Shown: piece after piece, positions 25,664-42,822 of the stretch | Position numbering within the stretch: the first letter of the stretch is position 1 | How the letters are laid out: each line of letters begins with the position of its first letter | Source of the DNA: Paraspadella gotoi | Lineage: Eukaryota > Animalia > Chaetognatha | Reading direction: 5' to 3' | DNA: 64,000 bases | Assembly (NCBI GenBank): GCA_051294375.1 | Contig: CM119270.1 | Span: 16,081,562-16,145,561 of the forward strand | Notes under the pieces: generated by a model | Database searches by the model: none | What the model was told of the DNA's origin: nothing | What the model saw: only the letters and a program-made list of their open reading frames with translations | Translations under genes and position numbers: made by a program

Positions 25664-27392
25664 GCTGCCTGCCTCTACACATAGGAAATTCGATTCATAC
25701 GAGGTTCCAACCCAATACGGAATACGTTAAAGAAGGTCTCTTTATGAGCCGCTATAGAAAAGAAGACCAAGTGAACTTCTTTTCTTATATTTTATATCGA
25801 TAGATGTGGAAATGACTGGGAATATTGTAAATCTCAATTTCGCTTAAATCGGACTCAGACATTGTGGAGAAATCTTCACACAGGAAACCCATCAAAATTC
25901 CCACCCATGTTTTTCAACCATTCTCGCGCTTTTAAGAATTTTTTCAACCGATTTCTGATTCCTCTTACAAACTTGATAATTCCCGCTAGTTATTTTTTTT
26001 CCTTTAAAACGATAGCGAAGGGAATCCATAACTATTCTGTTATTTGTAATGATTTCTGCGTAAAAAAAATATAATGAATAACATTAACATTTGGGATATT
26101 AATGAAAAGTAAAATGTCTGTGAAGCCGGTGAGAGTTAAATAATTAAAGATTCGCCTATTTAATTATGAAAATGACATTACAGGTGAAGTAGTTGGAACG
26201 TCTTCCAGCTCATTTCAGTACATCCTGTTTCTCTAACATAAATAAATGTTTATTTTTGGCTGGTGGAAGAAGATATAGTTAGGCTGTGATGGGTGATTAA
26301 TTTTTGTAGAATTCTTTGGTAAGCCATGCCTTGTAATATCAGTGAAGCAAATATTTAAGTGAAAAAAAATTTATATTTTCTTTATCCAAAAAACTTTAAA
26401 AGTTTTACTATAAGTAAATTTAGCCATTTTTCTTTCCCGAATCACTAAAAAGGAATTATATTTTCATTTATTTTTATGGGGTTTATTTAGTTTTAAAAAT
26501 TCATTATAATTTTGAACTTAGTTTGACACTTCACCCTGTAAAGAGGTTTCAGCAAAAATAATTCGCTATATTGTAACTTGTAGTGTGCCGTAAATGATAT
26601 GGCTTCATTTTGGTACCTATTGCCATCCCATGTATCTTTTGTTCTTCAAGAAGATATCAGGGAAAAATCAGTTTTTTCTCTCAAACCTTTCCTTTTAATT
26701 TCTTAGTAATAAAAATTTCATGTTGTCAACTAGACGCAAGTGGACTTATAGATGTTGGTTTACTATGAAGAGTTTGGTCAAGTAATGAAAAGGAAGAAAT
26801 TTGGCTAACTCTTGAGACAAGAGGCTTTTAAATCTCAAATTCGAAGTAATATTTATAATGTTTAACATACTAACGCCCCGTTTACAATTTTTGAAAAGCA
26901 AAATTCCCTTTCATTTTATATATAAAAACAAGGTTTGAAATTCTCTCGGAAGATGACTAGTGCATTTCCCCTGGCCTTGTTTGATATTAAATCACTTTAT
27001 CAAATGCCATAAAGACGAATTTGGCTAGCTACTTAAGATATAACCTATTCGGAATCGTGTTTTTACATGTTTTAAACCGAATTTCTGGCAATGCTCGTTT
27101 GCAATTTTTTTTTTGGGGGTTTAAGTCAGATTTTAACGGAAGATCTCTAATTAGAGAAAAAATGTTGAATTTTTTTTAAGCGAGATTCTCGTCACTCTCT
27201 TATAAGGGTAGGAGAGACACTCAAATTTCCCAGAAAAGTCAAGACCCTTCCCCAAAATATATAAGAATCTCTGTTTAGGGAGAAAAAACTTTTTGTCCGG
27301 GAGCCAAAACAATGAAAGGCGTTTTAACATAGGATCTATTGCGTTTGGAACCTCGTAACAGGCCGATTTTAGGCGTGGACACGGGCAGGCAA
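25664..27392. mobile_element. Degenerate TIR DNA transposon (~1.7 kb)
   Basis: Imperfect ~80-bp inverted ends including TGCCTGCC...TACGAGGTTCCAA / TTGGAACCTCGTA...GGCAGGCA; no readable transposase. Confidence 0.55.
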
Positions 27393-27429
27393 CAAAGAAA
27401 GTACTACGAAATCAAAATAGTAATATTTG

Positions 27430-28045
27430 TACTACGGGTTGGGTTGAGCAGTTTACACAACGGTAAAAAAATACTAAATATTTGAACTACAGGGTTAGGG
27501 TTTAGCAGTTTACGTTGATATTTAAATGAAAATAAATACAATGTATGAGATTCTTGCTAGGGTTAGGGTTGAAGAGTTTTACAAAAAATATAAAAAATAA
27601 GGACGTATTGAGTTTTTCGAGTTAGGGTTAGGGTTAGGGAGTTTACAAACGCGTTTTTTTAGCTAGGGTTAGGTGAAGAGTTATCAAATATAAAAATATG
27701 GACATATTGAATTTTTAGTTAGGGTTAGGGTTTGGGAGTTTACAAACGCGTTTTTTTAGCTAGGGTTAGGGTTGAAGAGTTTACAAAACAATAAAAATAA
27801 GGACGTATTGAGTTTTTTGAGTTAGGTTAGGGTTTGAGAGTTTTACAAATGCATTTTTTAGCTTGACGTATGAGATTCTTGATTTAGGGTTAGGGTTAGG
27901 GTTGAATATCGTTATCAAAGCATGGGTTAGGGTTAGAGAGTTTACAAATTGTTGTTTAGGGTTAGGGTTGAGTAGTTTTAGTAGATATGTTTGGATTTTT
28001 GAGTTAGGGTTAGGGTTGAGTAGTGTAGGTTTAGGGTTAGGGTTA
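27430..28045 (+). repeat. AT-rich satellite with TTAGGGTTAGGG cores
   Basis: Repeating TTAGGGTTAGGGTTG..GAGTTTACAAA units, distinct from the GC-rich satellite. Confidence 0.8.
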
Positions 28046-28049
28046 AAGC

Positions 28050-29204
28050 AAAATGGCGATTTCGCACTGAACTACATCTAGCGTTCTAGTTATGGCGATT
28101 TCGCCTAAAATAAACTTCAGATTAGGGTTTAGGGTTAGGGTTGAGTTGTTTTAGGGTTAGGGTTGAGTAGTAGTAGTTAGGGTTAGGGTTGAGTAGTTTA
28201 GGGTTAGGGTTGAGTAGTTTAGGGTTAGGGTTAGGGTTGAGTTAAGTTAAGTTTATTTTAGGCTTATTATTAATGTCAATTTTAGGGATAGGGGTAGGGA
28301 GGGTGTTGTTGATGACCAAGAGGCCCGCGTTAGGGTTAGGGTTGAGGCACGGAGATGTACGGGAGGCCTGGGCGGTTTAGGGTTAGGGTTGGGAGAGGGC
28401 CCGTGGGTTATATATCGAAGGCAATTAGGTTAGGGTTGAGGTACGGAGATGTACGGGAGGCCTGGGCCCGGTTTAGGGTTAGGGTTGGGAGAGAGGCCCG
28501 TGGGTTATATATCGAAGGCAATTAGGGTTAGGGTTGAGGTACGGAGATGTAGCGGGAGGCCGGGCCTGGTTTAGGGTTAGGGGAGAGGCATGGAGTTGAA
28601 CGGGAGGCTTGGTTTAGGGTTAGGGTTGCGGGAGGGACCCATGGTTGATTCATCGAAGGCGGTTAGGGTTAGGGTTGAGGCACGGAGATGTACGGGAGGC
28701 TGGGCCTGGGTTAGGGTTAGGGGAGAGGCATGGAGTTGAACGGGAGGCTTAGTTTAGGGTTAGGGTTGGGGAGGGGCCCGTGGTTGATGCATCGAAGGCG
28801 GTTAGGGTTAGGGTTGAGGCACGGAGATGTACGGGAGGCTGAGTCTGGGTTAGGGTTAGGGGAGAGGCACAGAGTTGAACGGAAGGCTTGGTTTAGGGTT
28901 AGGGTTGGGGGAGGGGCCCGTGGTTGATGCATCAAAGGCGGTTAGGGTTAGGGTTGAGGCATGGAGATGTACGGGAGCCCCAGGCCCGGGTTAGGGTTAG
29001 GGGAGAGGCACAGAGTTGAACGGGAGGTTTGGTTTAGGTTAGGTGTGGGAGAGGAGCCGAAGGTGATGCTCATCCCCGTGTTAGCTGCGCTTTTCATTAT
29101 ATTCGCTACTTTTATCACTGGCGAGGTCGCCAGTGGGGGGACTGGCGACATCGCCAAAACCCTGGGCGATATCGCCATGGCGAAGTCGCCAACCAACTAG
29201 AACC
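28050..29204 (-). repeat. Telomeric-repeat element, copy 3 (cleanest copy; lacks ~60 terminal bp)
   Basis: Reverse complement of 19197-20340; unit starts at 28540, 28681, 28820 and 28960. Confidence 0.85.
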
Positions 29205-29399
29205 TTAATTATTAACTTATTATTAAACTAATTATTTAACTTATTTTATTTATTTACAATTAACAAATTATTACGAAACCTTAATAAAATTTCTCTAAAA
29301 TTAATAAGCTGTGATGCCAGGGCTTTGGTCTGTTTCAGATAAACAAGATATATACCTTTAAAATATAAGATAAAGCAACAATGAAGGATCACCATTTGG

Positions 29400-30210
29400 T
29401 GATGGCTCGCCTATACCTGGATATTGGGATTAAAGAGCCGAAATCCATGAAGGGTATAGGTTCCCAACTGATGACCTTCCCATTGTATAAACATAAAAGA
29501 TAAAAAATATTCAAAAAAGAAATAATTAAAAATAGGATAAAGAAAAAATAAAATTTTCATTAAAGTATTTTAAAATTATATTCATGACATAAAGGTGCCC
29601 CTATAGACCTTTCCCCAGTATGTATCCCTATCAGAACATACAATTCTACATGGTAGTCTTATCCCTATTGGTAAAAAAATCATATATAACGTTGGTCCCT
29701 CAAAAAATTATCCATTCCCACCCCTTTCTGTTCAGTCCTCTTAGATATTATGATTTTTCATTAATGACTTTCTAACAGAAATGATGTGTGATATCTATTA
29801 GAAAAACTAGGACAGATAGTAATCTAACCTTGTGTTGCATAGATGCTCCCTCTATTTCCAGAAGACAACACTGACTTCCCTCCCAAATTGTATTATTAGA
29901 TAAATAAAACATTTTTAAAAAAAGAAAGCAATATATGTTTGAATAAATAATATAGATTAAATACTAAATCCTTCATAAAAATATCAAAATATTACAATAG
30001 AAAAATGAAAAGAAAATAGTGAAACAAGTAATTTGCAAATTTTCATAAAGAACCAAAGAAATGATGATCCGATTCAACTGGTTTAATTTAGTCCTAACAA
30101 AAAATTAATTGGCTAAACATTACTTTCGCCGACCTGGGTTTTGGCGTATTTTGAAAAATCATTTAAAAATATTTATCTTTGGCAATGATAGAATCCGTTT
30201 TACCCTCTAG
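29400..30210 (+). mobile_element. AT-rich non-autonomous DNA transposon fragment
   Basis: Inverted homologs at about 47500-48142 and 59990-60655; shares the TTTCCAGAAGACAACAC block with the hAT-like element. Confidence 0.65.
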
Positions 30211-31765
30211 GAAACTTCTTATCAGCTTTTTCAAACCAGTGCAGGGACGATTAGGCAAAAATTGTGTCGCCTTCTTTCTTCTTGATGAGGATGACGTGAT
30301 GATCCAAAAACATCCTTCCCTTCCCTAGCCTTAGTTTAAATTTTGACTAGAAAAATAATTTTTCTATACCTTTAAATTTAAAATGGCATGAAAGTTTGTT
30401 ACAGATATGTTCAAGGATTTGCAAACACGGGCAGCGCAGTCTTCATCCTTCAACATCTTTTGATAGCGTCTTTAGTGATTGAGGTCGCCATGAATTTGAA
30501 AAATAAAAAGCTTTAAATTCATATTGATTAGTTGATGCTGTAGTAGTAGTATATTTAGCTGTAATAGTTTTCCTTAACCCCCGGCCAGTTAAGATGGTAA
30601 TCGTTCAAAGGCGGTAAGTAATAAGATATAATAAGATTGTTTTATGTAGTATGTAGTGTTGTCCTATATATAGTAATATTGTAATTTAAATAAATAACAT
30701 TGTTGATGCTGTTCATTGAATTCTTATTGAAAATAAATTGGTTTTATGTAAAAAAATACATTTAAAATGCGCATGTAGTTGTTGTTTTAAAGAATGATGA
30801 TAGACAAATACGGCAGATACTTCATATACTCATAACCAACAAATATTAAAATGAGTTGTTATTATTGATTAAAGTATTTTAATAGAAAAAGTATTATTTA
30901 GTAATTAAAGTACATTTTTCTCTCATACCGGAGTTTCTCGTGACTCGTTAATCTCATTTGCATATTCGAGTAAGCTGGTCCAGTGTACTAACCTTTTGAG
31001 CATACAGTACTCGTCAGTCGAGGTTCGAATTAGCATTATATGTCAATGTGATCATATCTGCAAGGTTTTTTGAAAATCCGAGTTTAGCTTCTCGGTCTAG
31101 TATAAACTACATAATATAACAGGAAGAAAAGTTTCCGCTGTCATTATATATTAATTTTTTTGGGTATTTTGCTGAATTTATTAAATTTTTAGTCACATTA
31201 TACATGATACACGTATAAAAAAGTAGTCTCTTTACCTACAGGGGGCCAGTCCCCCAACCCCTATTTTTCGCGAAATATCATCAAAATCAAAATCCCATTT
31301 TTCTTAGAATAGTAAAAACTAACCTTGTAGAAGAAGGGGGTGTAATTGAATGTAATGATGTAATGAGAAGGAAAACAAAAAAACTGATTCTCTATTAGAT
31401 CTATTGGATCGCTTACTAAAAGATAAACCATCAATAGGTATGTAAAACGAGGAGCGCGGCTGCACGCGACAAACGAAACATTGACTTGACAAGAAAGAAA
31501 AAGAAGATTCAATCACTCAATATTTTCTTTTATTATGTAATGTAATGTAAAGTAATATAATATGTATGCACAAATTCAGAGATGCAAGAAACAAATAATA
31601 TATGATTAAGTACAAATTAACAAAAAAGCATTTCCAAAAGACTCTAAAATTAACTTGACCCTTCACTCCCAACTTTTTATCTCACAATTTTTCCGAAATT
31701 GTTTCACGAATCGTTGGAGTCAAATCGGTCAGAAGGAAACAAGATCTGAAGGTCTGACGAAGTCT

Positions 31766-36253
<4,488 letters not shown>

Positions 36254-37603
36254 GGTCGTTGTTATCGCCGGTAAAGATGGTATAACTAATGTGGATGAAG
36301 AAACATAACCATAAAAATTTTCTATTTTTATATTTTATGAAGGATTTAGTATTTAATCTATATTATTAAATCAAATATATATTGCTTTCTTTCTTAAAAA
36401 TGTTTTTTTGTTATTAAGAGAGAATTTTGTTATAAAGAAAAACTTTATAGTTTATAAAACAAGACAAAGACGAAAGGTAGAAAACTTTTTCACACTAAAG
36501 ACCGGGCGAGAAAATGGAAGGGTGTTTAGTGTTCTGTTCAGTGTTCACCTTGAGGCGGCAAAGCGGCGATGGAAAATTAGGATTCGACGTTTTGCTGTTC
36601 GAGGTAACGCGACGTGACGTTCGAAAGAAACGTCGAACCGGTTCTATTATGCAGTATTCCCAACTTTTCATGTTTTATTTTTATTTTTTTTTGTCATATA
36701 CGTTTCTCCATGTTTATTCTTTTCATATAAACCTTTTTTTTTTAAATAAAAATTAGCACCTTTTACCATTTTTTGAACTGTACATAATTTTAATGTCTTG
36801 ACTCTGACGGCTTTGAGGAATGGCTTGGCCGTAATCAGTTATGAAATAAAATGTTGACACCGTCGTACATGCAAGTCCTACATCAACTGCAGAGTTTCCA
36901 CACACACTCCTCCCTGAAAGTCATGTTCGATTTCGGTTTTAAAAAAACTTTTATACAATCATATCTTCAAACAATCATCTTCGGTTCAGAAGACGCATGG
37001 ACGCATTAGATTTTCCCCCTCGGTTTTCGTCCCTGAAGATGCGGAGTCTCGACTCCGTAACATTTAACCTTCATCGTCCTTCGCTTCGACTTTTGAAAAC
37101 TGGTTTCGGTGTGAAAAGGGCAAGGTCATAAGTTGGGTAAGGTCATTAGTTGCATCGTCGCCTAAACCGACTTTATTTTTATTAGATTGATACGAGGACC
37201 TTCTGAAATTTTAAAATGAATCCTCATCTCTAATATCATGTTGGAAAATTAGTTAATTTTAGTGTTAAATTCCTTTTTTGTATGTAGTTATATTTAAAAA
37301 AATCCCAGCCTAAAAAGTCAAAAAATAATTTCCAACCTGCAAACTCTTCCAATCTGAAAACAAAAAAGATGTTAATTTATACTTTTTGAAACATATTCAT
37401 CAGCAAATGTTAATGAATTAGTTGTGAATCTTTTCCTTCGTTGGTTTTTGACATGAAAACCGAAATAGATTTTGTTGCTGACTCCGAAAACTTTTTTAAT
37501 TTGCGTGCTCACTATAGGCACTTTGGATAATAATAATGAACGTAAATTCCTCATAATATGTTTGTTTTAGGTACTAAAAGATCAATTTCAAAACATAACT
37601 AAC

Positions 37604-37907
37604 TTGTTTCGCTTGATGTCAGATTGACCCAGATTCCAGAGTCTGGAAACAGATCCATTTGAATTGCGTTTGACATCAAGCCCTGTAAACAATGCGTTTA
37701 CATAGTAACTCTTTTTGTCACTCGTTATCCTATTTACCTGTAGACCCTTTTTCCTAATGGCCCGATCTTGTTCGCCATCGGCTGAGCCGACATGTACTTC
37801 CAAGTGTCCCATATGTGGGGTGAGTCGGCTTGACTGAACGTGCAGTAGTAATGAGCAAGATCGATTGGTTCGTGAGCTTCGTACTTGTTGTGAGTTGTGC
37901 GTTTTTG
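37604..37907 (-). pseudogene. Relic of a fourth paralog (exon 4- and exon 5-like fragments)
   Basis: QK..NKYEAHEPIDLAHYYCTFSQADSPHIWDTWKYMSAQPMANKIGPLGKR and GLDVK/NAIQMDLFPDSGIWVN with deletions and frameshifts; closest to paralog C. Confidence 0.8.
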
Positions 37908-39283
37908 CTAAAATATGATAAATTTCAGCTAAAAGACAGTTAATGATTATAGACACTTGTTAATCGTGATTACAACTCAAATCACAATTCTTAGTCTTAA
38001 ATTTTTGAATATGATTAAATTGATTATATTTTTTTTAATAATTTATTTGTGATATTAAAAAAGAAAAAGAGAAAAATCGCTTTAGAACTTTTCTTTAATA
38101 ATAATTATCGAATCAAATATAAATATGTTTTTTTCATTTCTCTTTTTTTTACACTTTGCAACTTTTATTACAAAATTTTTGTTGTCAAATTGTAAAAAAA
38201 TTCATTCAATTGTTGTTTATAATTATATCTATTGTAAATAAATATAAAATTGTTCATTTATTTAAATTTTTGAAATCCTTCTTGGATTTACCCCCTCTGC
38301 TCCAACAACATTTTTCAAGATAAAAACAAAAGATCCTCTTCAAAAATACATAAGGATAATTGCGGATTGCACTGCTCAGCCCCATTCGACCAGACATCCT
38401 CTCACGCCTCACATCAAAGACCCATCGAGCCTTAGCCACCACCTAAAGGTGGAAGAGGCCTGGTGGATCAGACGCCTCGATTGTGGCCCCCGGGCACGCC
38501 CACGAGGCGCCCCTCCACAATGAAAAGAATATGAAGTGTCTTATGTACAAAACCGATGCATGGAAACCGATCCTTAATTCCCTGGGAAGAAATGAGACTG
38601 GACATTGAAACGTGGGGGGGGGGTGGAGGATTTATCTCTGTTTGTTAGATCCAAAGACTCGCGAATCGTGATATCTGATTCGAACTTTACTTCGTCACAA
38701 GGATTTTCGTTTGGATCATTTCGTCATTCGTGCTTTAGTTTATTCATTGGTTTTTGAGTTTATACTGATTTTGTAATTCTTTTGAGTGTTTAAATAATAA
38801 TTTTGATAATTATTCTTTATTGTACTGTTTGAATATCTATATGCTTTGATTATTTATTATTAGGTACCCTTTTTAATTCTTCATAAACTCAGAGAAGAAA
38901 TAAAGAGACTATTTGATCGTCGATCTGCTCAAGCCACCAAATCATGCCTTTGAAGAATCTCTGAACTACCGAAGCATCTCGCCGGGGTTGAGGAGTTTCC
39001 TCAAATATTCTTCGAATATTCTCGGGGCGTTTTAGGAGGAGGACGGACCGGCGGGTCCTAACATGTTGTATTGTCTGACTCTCACCTGTTCTCTCTCTCT
39101 CTATCTCTCTCTCTCTCTTCCTTAGCTCTCTTCTTTTACTCATTTCACTCTTACCCTGAACGATGATCTGTCAAATAAGATCGAAATATTTGGTTTTCAA
39201 TAAAGAAAAAATATATTACTGCACTTGATCCCAAATTCGACGTTTTTTTAATCAAACAAACCATTGTATTAATCTTTTCTTTT

Positions 39284-39420
39284 ATTGTTTGTTTGAATTA
39301 TTTGGAGAGAAGACGAAAATTCGTTATTTGACAACAATGTCCGATTCAAATAAAACAAATCATTGTTGTCAAAAAACGAATTTTCGTTTTCTCTCCAAAT
39401 AATAAAAAACAAACAAACAA
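39284..39420. repeat. Penelope-type palindrome lacking an intact ribozyme core
   Basis: ~55-bp inverted arms (GGAGAGAAGACGAAAATTCG..ACAACAATG) resembling the arms at 3655-3790. Confidence 0.6.
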
Positions 39421-39633
39421 AAAAAAACTAAAAAAAAAAATTCAATTATTGATTAACTTTTACTTATCGAGCCATCTTATTAAAAAGTTAATTCTAAAGA
39501 AAGAATTCTTTAATTCTATGCTAATGAAAGATTACCCCCTGAATAGAATCAATAGATAAACGGAATGATATGAGAAAAAAGCGGTCAAACCACTTTTAGA
39601 ATTCAATCAACCCTGGGAATAAAGAATTGTGAC

Positions 39634-39675
<42 letters not shown>

Positions 39676-40515
39676 CTTGAGCGAGGAAAGAAAAAATGTG
39701 GAAAAAAAAGGAGTGCCAGGGTGAGGAAGAAAATGAAATTTAAAGAAAATCCGATATATTTTAAAAATTAAATTAATATATAAATATGAAAATAAGGAAA
39801 CTACGAAAATACGGAATCCTGTGTAATTAAATTATTTTCCCGAAATTTATGTTAAACTCTGTGAAAATGAGCCAAAAACACGTAAACGAGACGAATTCTG
39901 CGAAAGAACTAAGTATTAATTTCGTAGCGTTCGAATTGGTTTCCCCTGTTGCACCACTTTTAGCTTCAGTTTTAATTTTGTAACCGATACGAACTTAAAT
40001 TCTCTCTCTCTCCAACGTTTGTTAAGTTTCTCAACTATTCTGAATATTCAAGTCTGAGACTTTTTAATGAAGAAAGCTTTTCATTATGTATGTATATAAT
40101 ATATGCAAAAGCCATTAGTCAATGAATGCATCACCATACTCAGATCCTAAATAATCCTTGATAGACAAGAAATTCAATTTTTTTTTTTGCAATGAAATCA
40201 AATCAATTTTGCAATAATGTAATTGAGAATTTAAAAACCATCTCAGATAGATTATAAGGCATGTATAATTTATAATATAATTTAATATAATATAATAAAT
40301 TAATAATATAGTATAGTTTTTATTTTATAAATCATGTATAATTTTATGGGTTAGGAATTATGAACAATTAGAAGCAAGGATATTGAATTAGTATTATTTA
40401 GAGGTAAACCAAAATACCAAAAGTTGTTAGCCTTTCAAATTAAAATAATATTCCTAATAATTTTACACTTTAAAAAAAATCTTTTTTTCAATTGGTACAA
40501 TGGATAAATTGGGTA

Positions 40516-40701
40516 TTGAGGCGACTTGACCTTACGGTCTCCTCGACCCAATTGCTTTGTCCGGTCACTCTAAGGTCCTTAGATTGTCCTTAGATTGACC
40601 GAACAAAGCTTTGTCCGGTCACTCTAAGGTCCTCAGATTGACCTTAGATTGACCGGAAAAAGCAACAGGACCGAGAAGACCGTAGGGTCAAGTCGCCTCA
40701 G
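40516..40701. mobile_element. MITE (~186 bp) with TA flanks and an internal doubled hairpin
   Basis: ta|TTGAGGCGACTTGACC...GGTCAAGTCGCCTCAG|ta. Confidence 0.8.
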
Positions 40702-40750
40702 TATCGACAAGACCCAAATGACCATGATTCTGACATGATAGTCATCTCCC

Positions 40751-42746
40751 CTACGCACGATACCCCCCGTTGTCATGGGTTTCAGCTGACGAGGGCGACG
40801 CTTTATTCTTTGTTCTCATTGCTCCGGCGCAGGCGAGGACGATGGCAACGACGAGGAGGAGAATCAGCAAAATCTGAAGGATGATGATGGCGATCGCCCA
40901 TTCGGGGACTGAAGAGTGCGTAGGGGGGGGATTAAGATGAAGAGTGGAGGAAATAAAAAATGTATATATTTGAAGATTGAAGATTACCGATGATTATTTG
41001 ACCATCATTTTTCTCATTATATTTCCCTTCTTTAATTTTTTTTTTGCAGTTTACGACGCCAAATAATTCGTAATGAATTAGTAATTGAACTTGATTTGTA
41101 TTTTATTCATTATTTGTATCGATTGCCGCCTACTAAACCGCATGTTGCTAAATTTTTAGTTTGCAGTCACTAAATGAGTTAATCGTCAGCTGGTATTATT
41201 TTTATTACGTTTGATATCTCACCTTTGTCATCTTCATTTGGACAATGGGTCGGTTCTTCATTATCGTTAGGATTTGATGTCGGTTTTTGGGTCGGCATTT
41301 CTGTCGGCCTTTCGGTGGGACAAGAGGTTTTTGGGCACGAATCGAGCAAAGATTTTGGGTCACCGAGACCCAAATCCGGAACCTAAAGAAATCAGTGTTT
41401 ATAATTATCATTTTTTTGGTTTGTCTATGACAAATTTATATACATTTTCAGTTTAAAGAAACAGCTTATATAAAAAATATAAAATAATGAAGAAGCAAAT
41501 ATTTTCACCTTGTACGAGTTAACATATCTCAGACGCATAAGTTTTCATAAAAATATCTATTTTTTTAAAATAAAAGAGTTTAAAATGAGAGAAAAAAAAC
41601 AGAACAAGTCACTGGCCAAACATCAGAACATTCCTGGTTTTCAGAGACTAATTGATGTGACCAAAGACGACCTTTACAATTAAAAAAAAAATTCATACAT
41701 AATTCGTGATTTCAGTTATTAAGAATTTTATTCGGGTCGTTACCTTATTGAAGCCAATCAATGTTCCAAGCTTTGTATAATTCATCGTCACAATTATGGG
41801 GTCCGGCTTTGGGTCGTCCTTTCCAACAGTTTTTCCATCGTGGGTCCAGTTCCCAAAATACGGATTTTTTGCGCCAATGTTTATCAAGTATCTTTTTTTG
41901 AATAAAAGATAAAATTGTATATACCTTCATATATATATACTTATATATATATACTTTCATCAGATCCCCCACACCAGCCACACCTATTCCTCACTCTCAC
42001 TTACGGATCCGTGAAACGGCCATAAACGTTGGGCTGGACTCGGTAATCCATGTTAACCCTATCAAATCCGGCATTGCCCAACCCGAGTCGATCATCGGCC
42101 CAAGTCTTTGACCACAAGTTGGTCCAGGCCTTGGTGTCCAAAACAACCCCATCGCAAAGTGGACCGATCTCTTGGTAATTGGTGGGCCATCCGCTGCCCG
42201 AGTCGCCCCACGGGTAGTAGGCCCAATCCCCTCCAGCATCCGGGCAAGCACCGCCAGTCAATGAGAAGTTGAGACGATCCGGGTGGTGATGACCGTAAAG
42301 AGGAATCCCTTTCATGATTTGCGGACCGGCGATTCCCTCGATGGGGAATTCGGGATAATGAAGAATCTTTGCGGTGGGAATAGAAAAGTAAGGGAAATAC
42401 AAAGTAAGTGTGGCAGAGACTCAATTCCCAGCAGCCTCCCACTGAGTTATGCGGGATGATATTACTGTAACCGCGCTAATGGTCTGAGACAATCATTGAG
42501 GGTCCAAAGCCCCTAAAGGTGAGAACCTTCGCCCCTGGATTAGAGACACTGATAATTATTGCTTTTGTAAAATATGATTATTTGTTTTTGATAATTATAT
42601 TATAATAATATTATATTAGAAAAGTTTGAAATGAATTTTCAACAACGATTTTATTTAATAAAAAACGGACATGTTTCGGCTTAACTACAAGCCTTCATCA
42701 GCATTAAAAAGTTAGTGAATTTGAAACAAATTATGTGCATAAAGAA

Positions 42747-42822
<76 letters not shown>

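Noticed and set aside
19221-29200. ORFs rich in LTLT/PNPN/LGLG
   Set aside because: They are translations of TTAGGG-containing satellites.
30250-30492. Minus-strand ORF MATSITKDAI...
   Set aside because: It needs a frameshift and an implausible 23-nt intron.
36514-39040. Plus-strand gene divergent from paralog B
   Set aside because: Scattered exon-like pieces could not be joined into a consistent frame.
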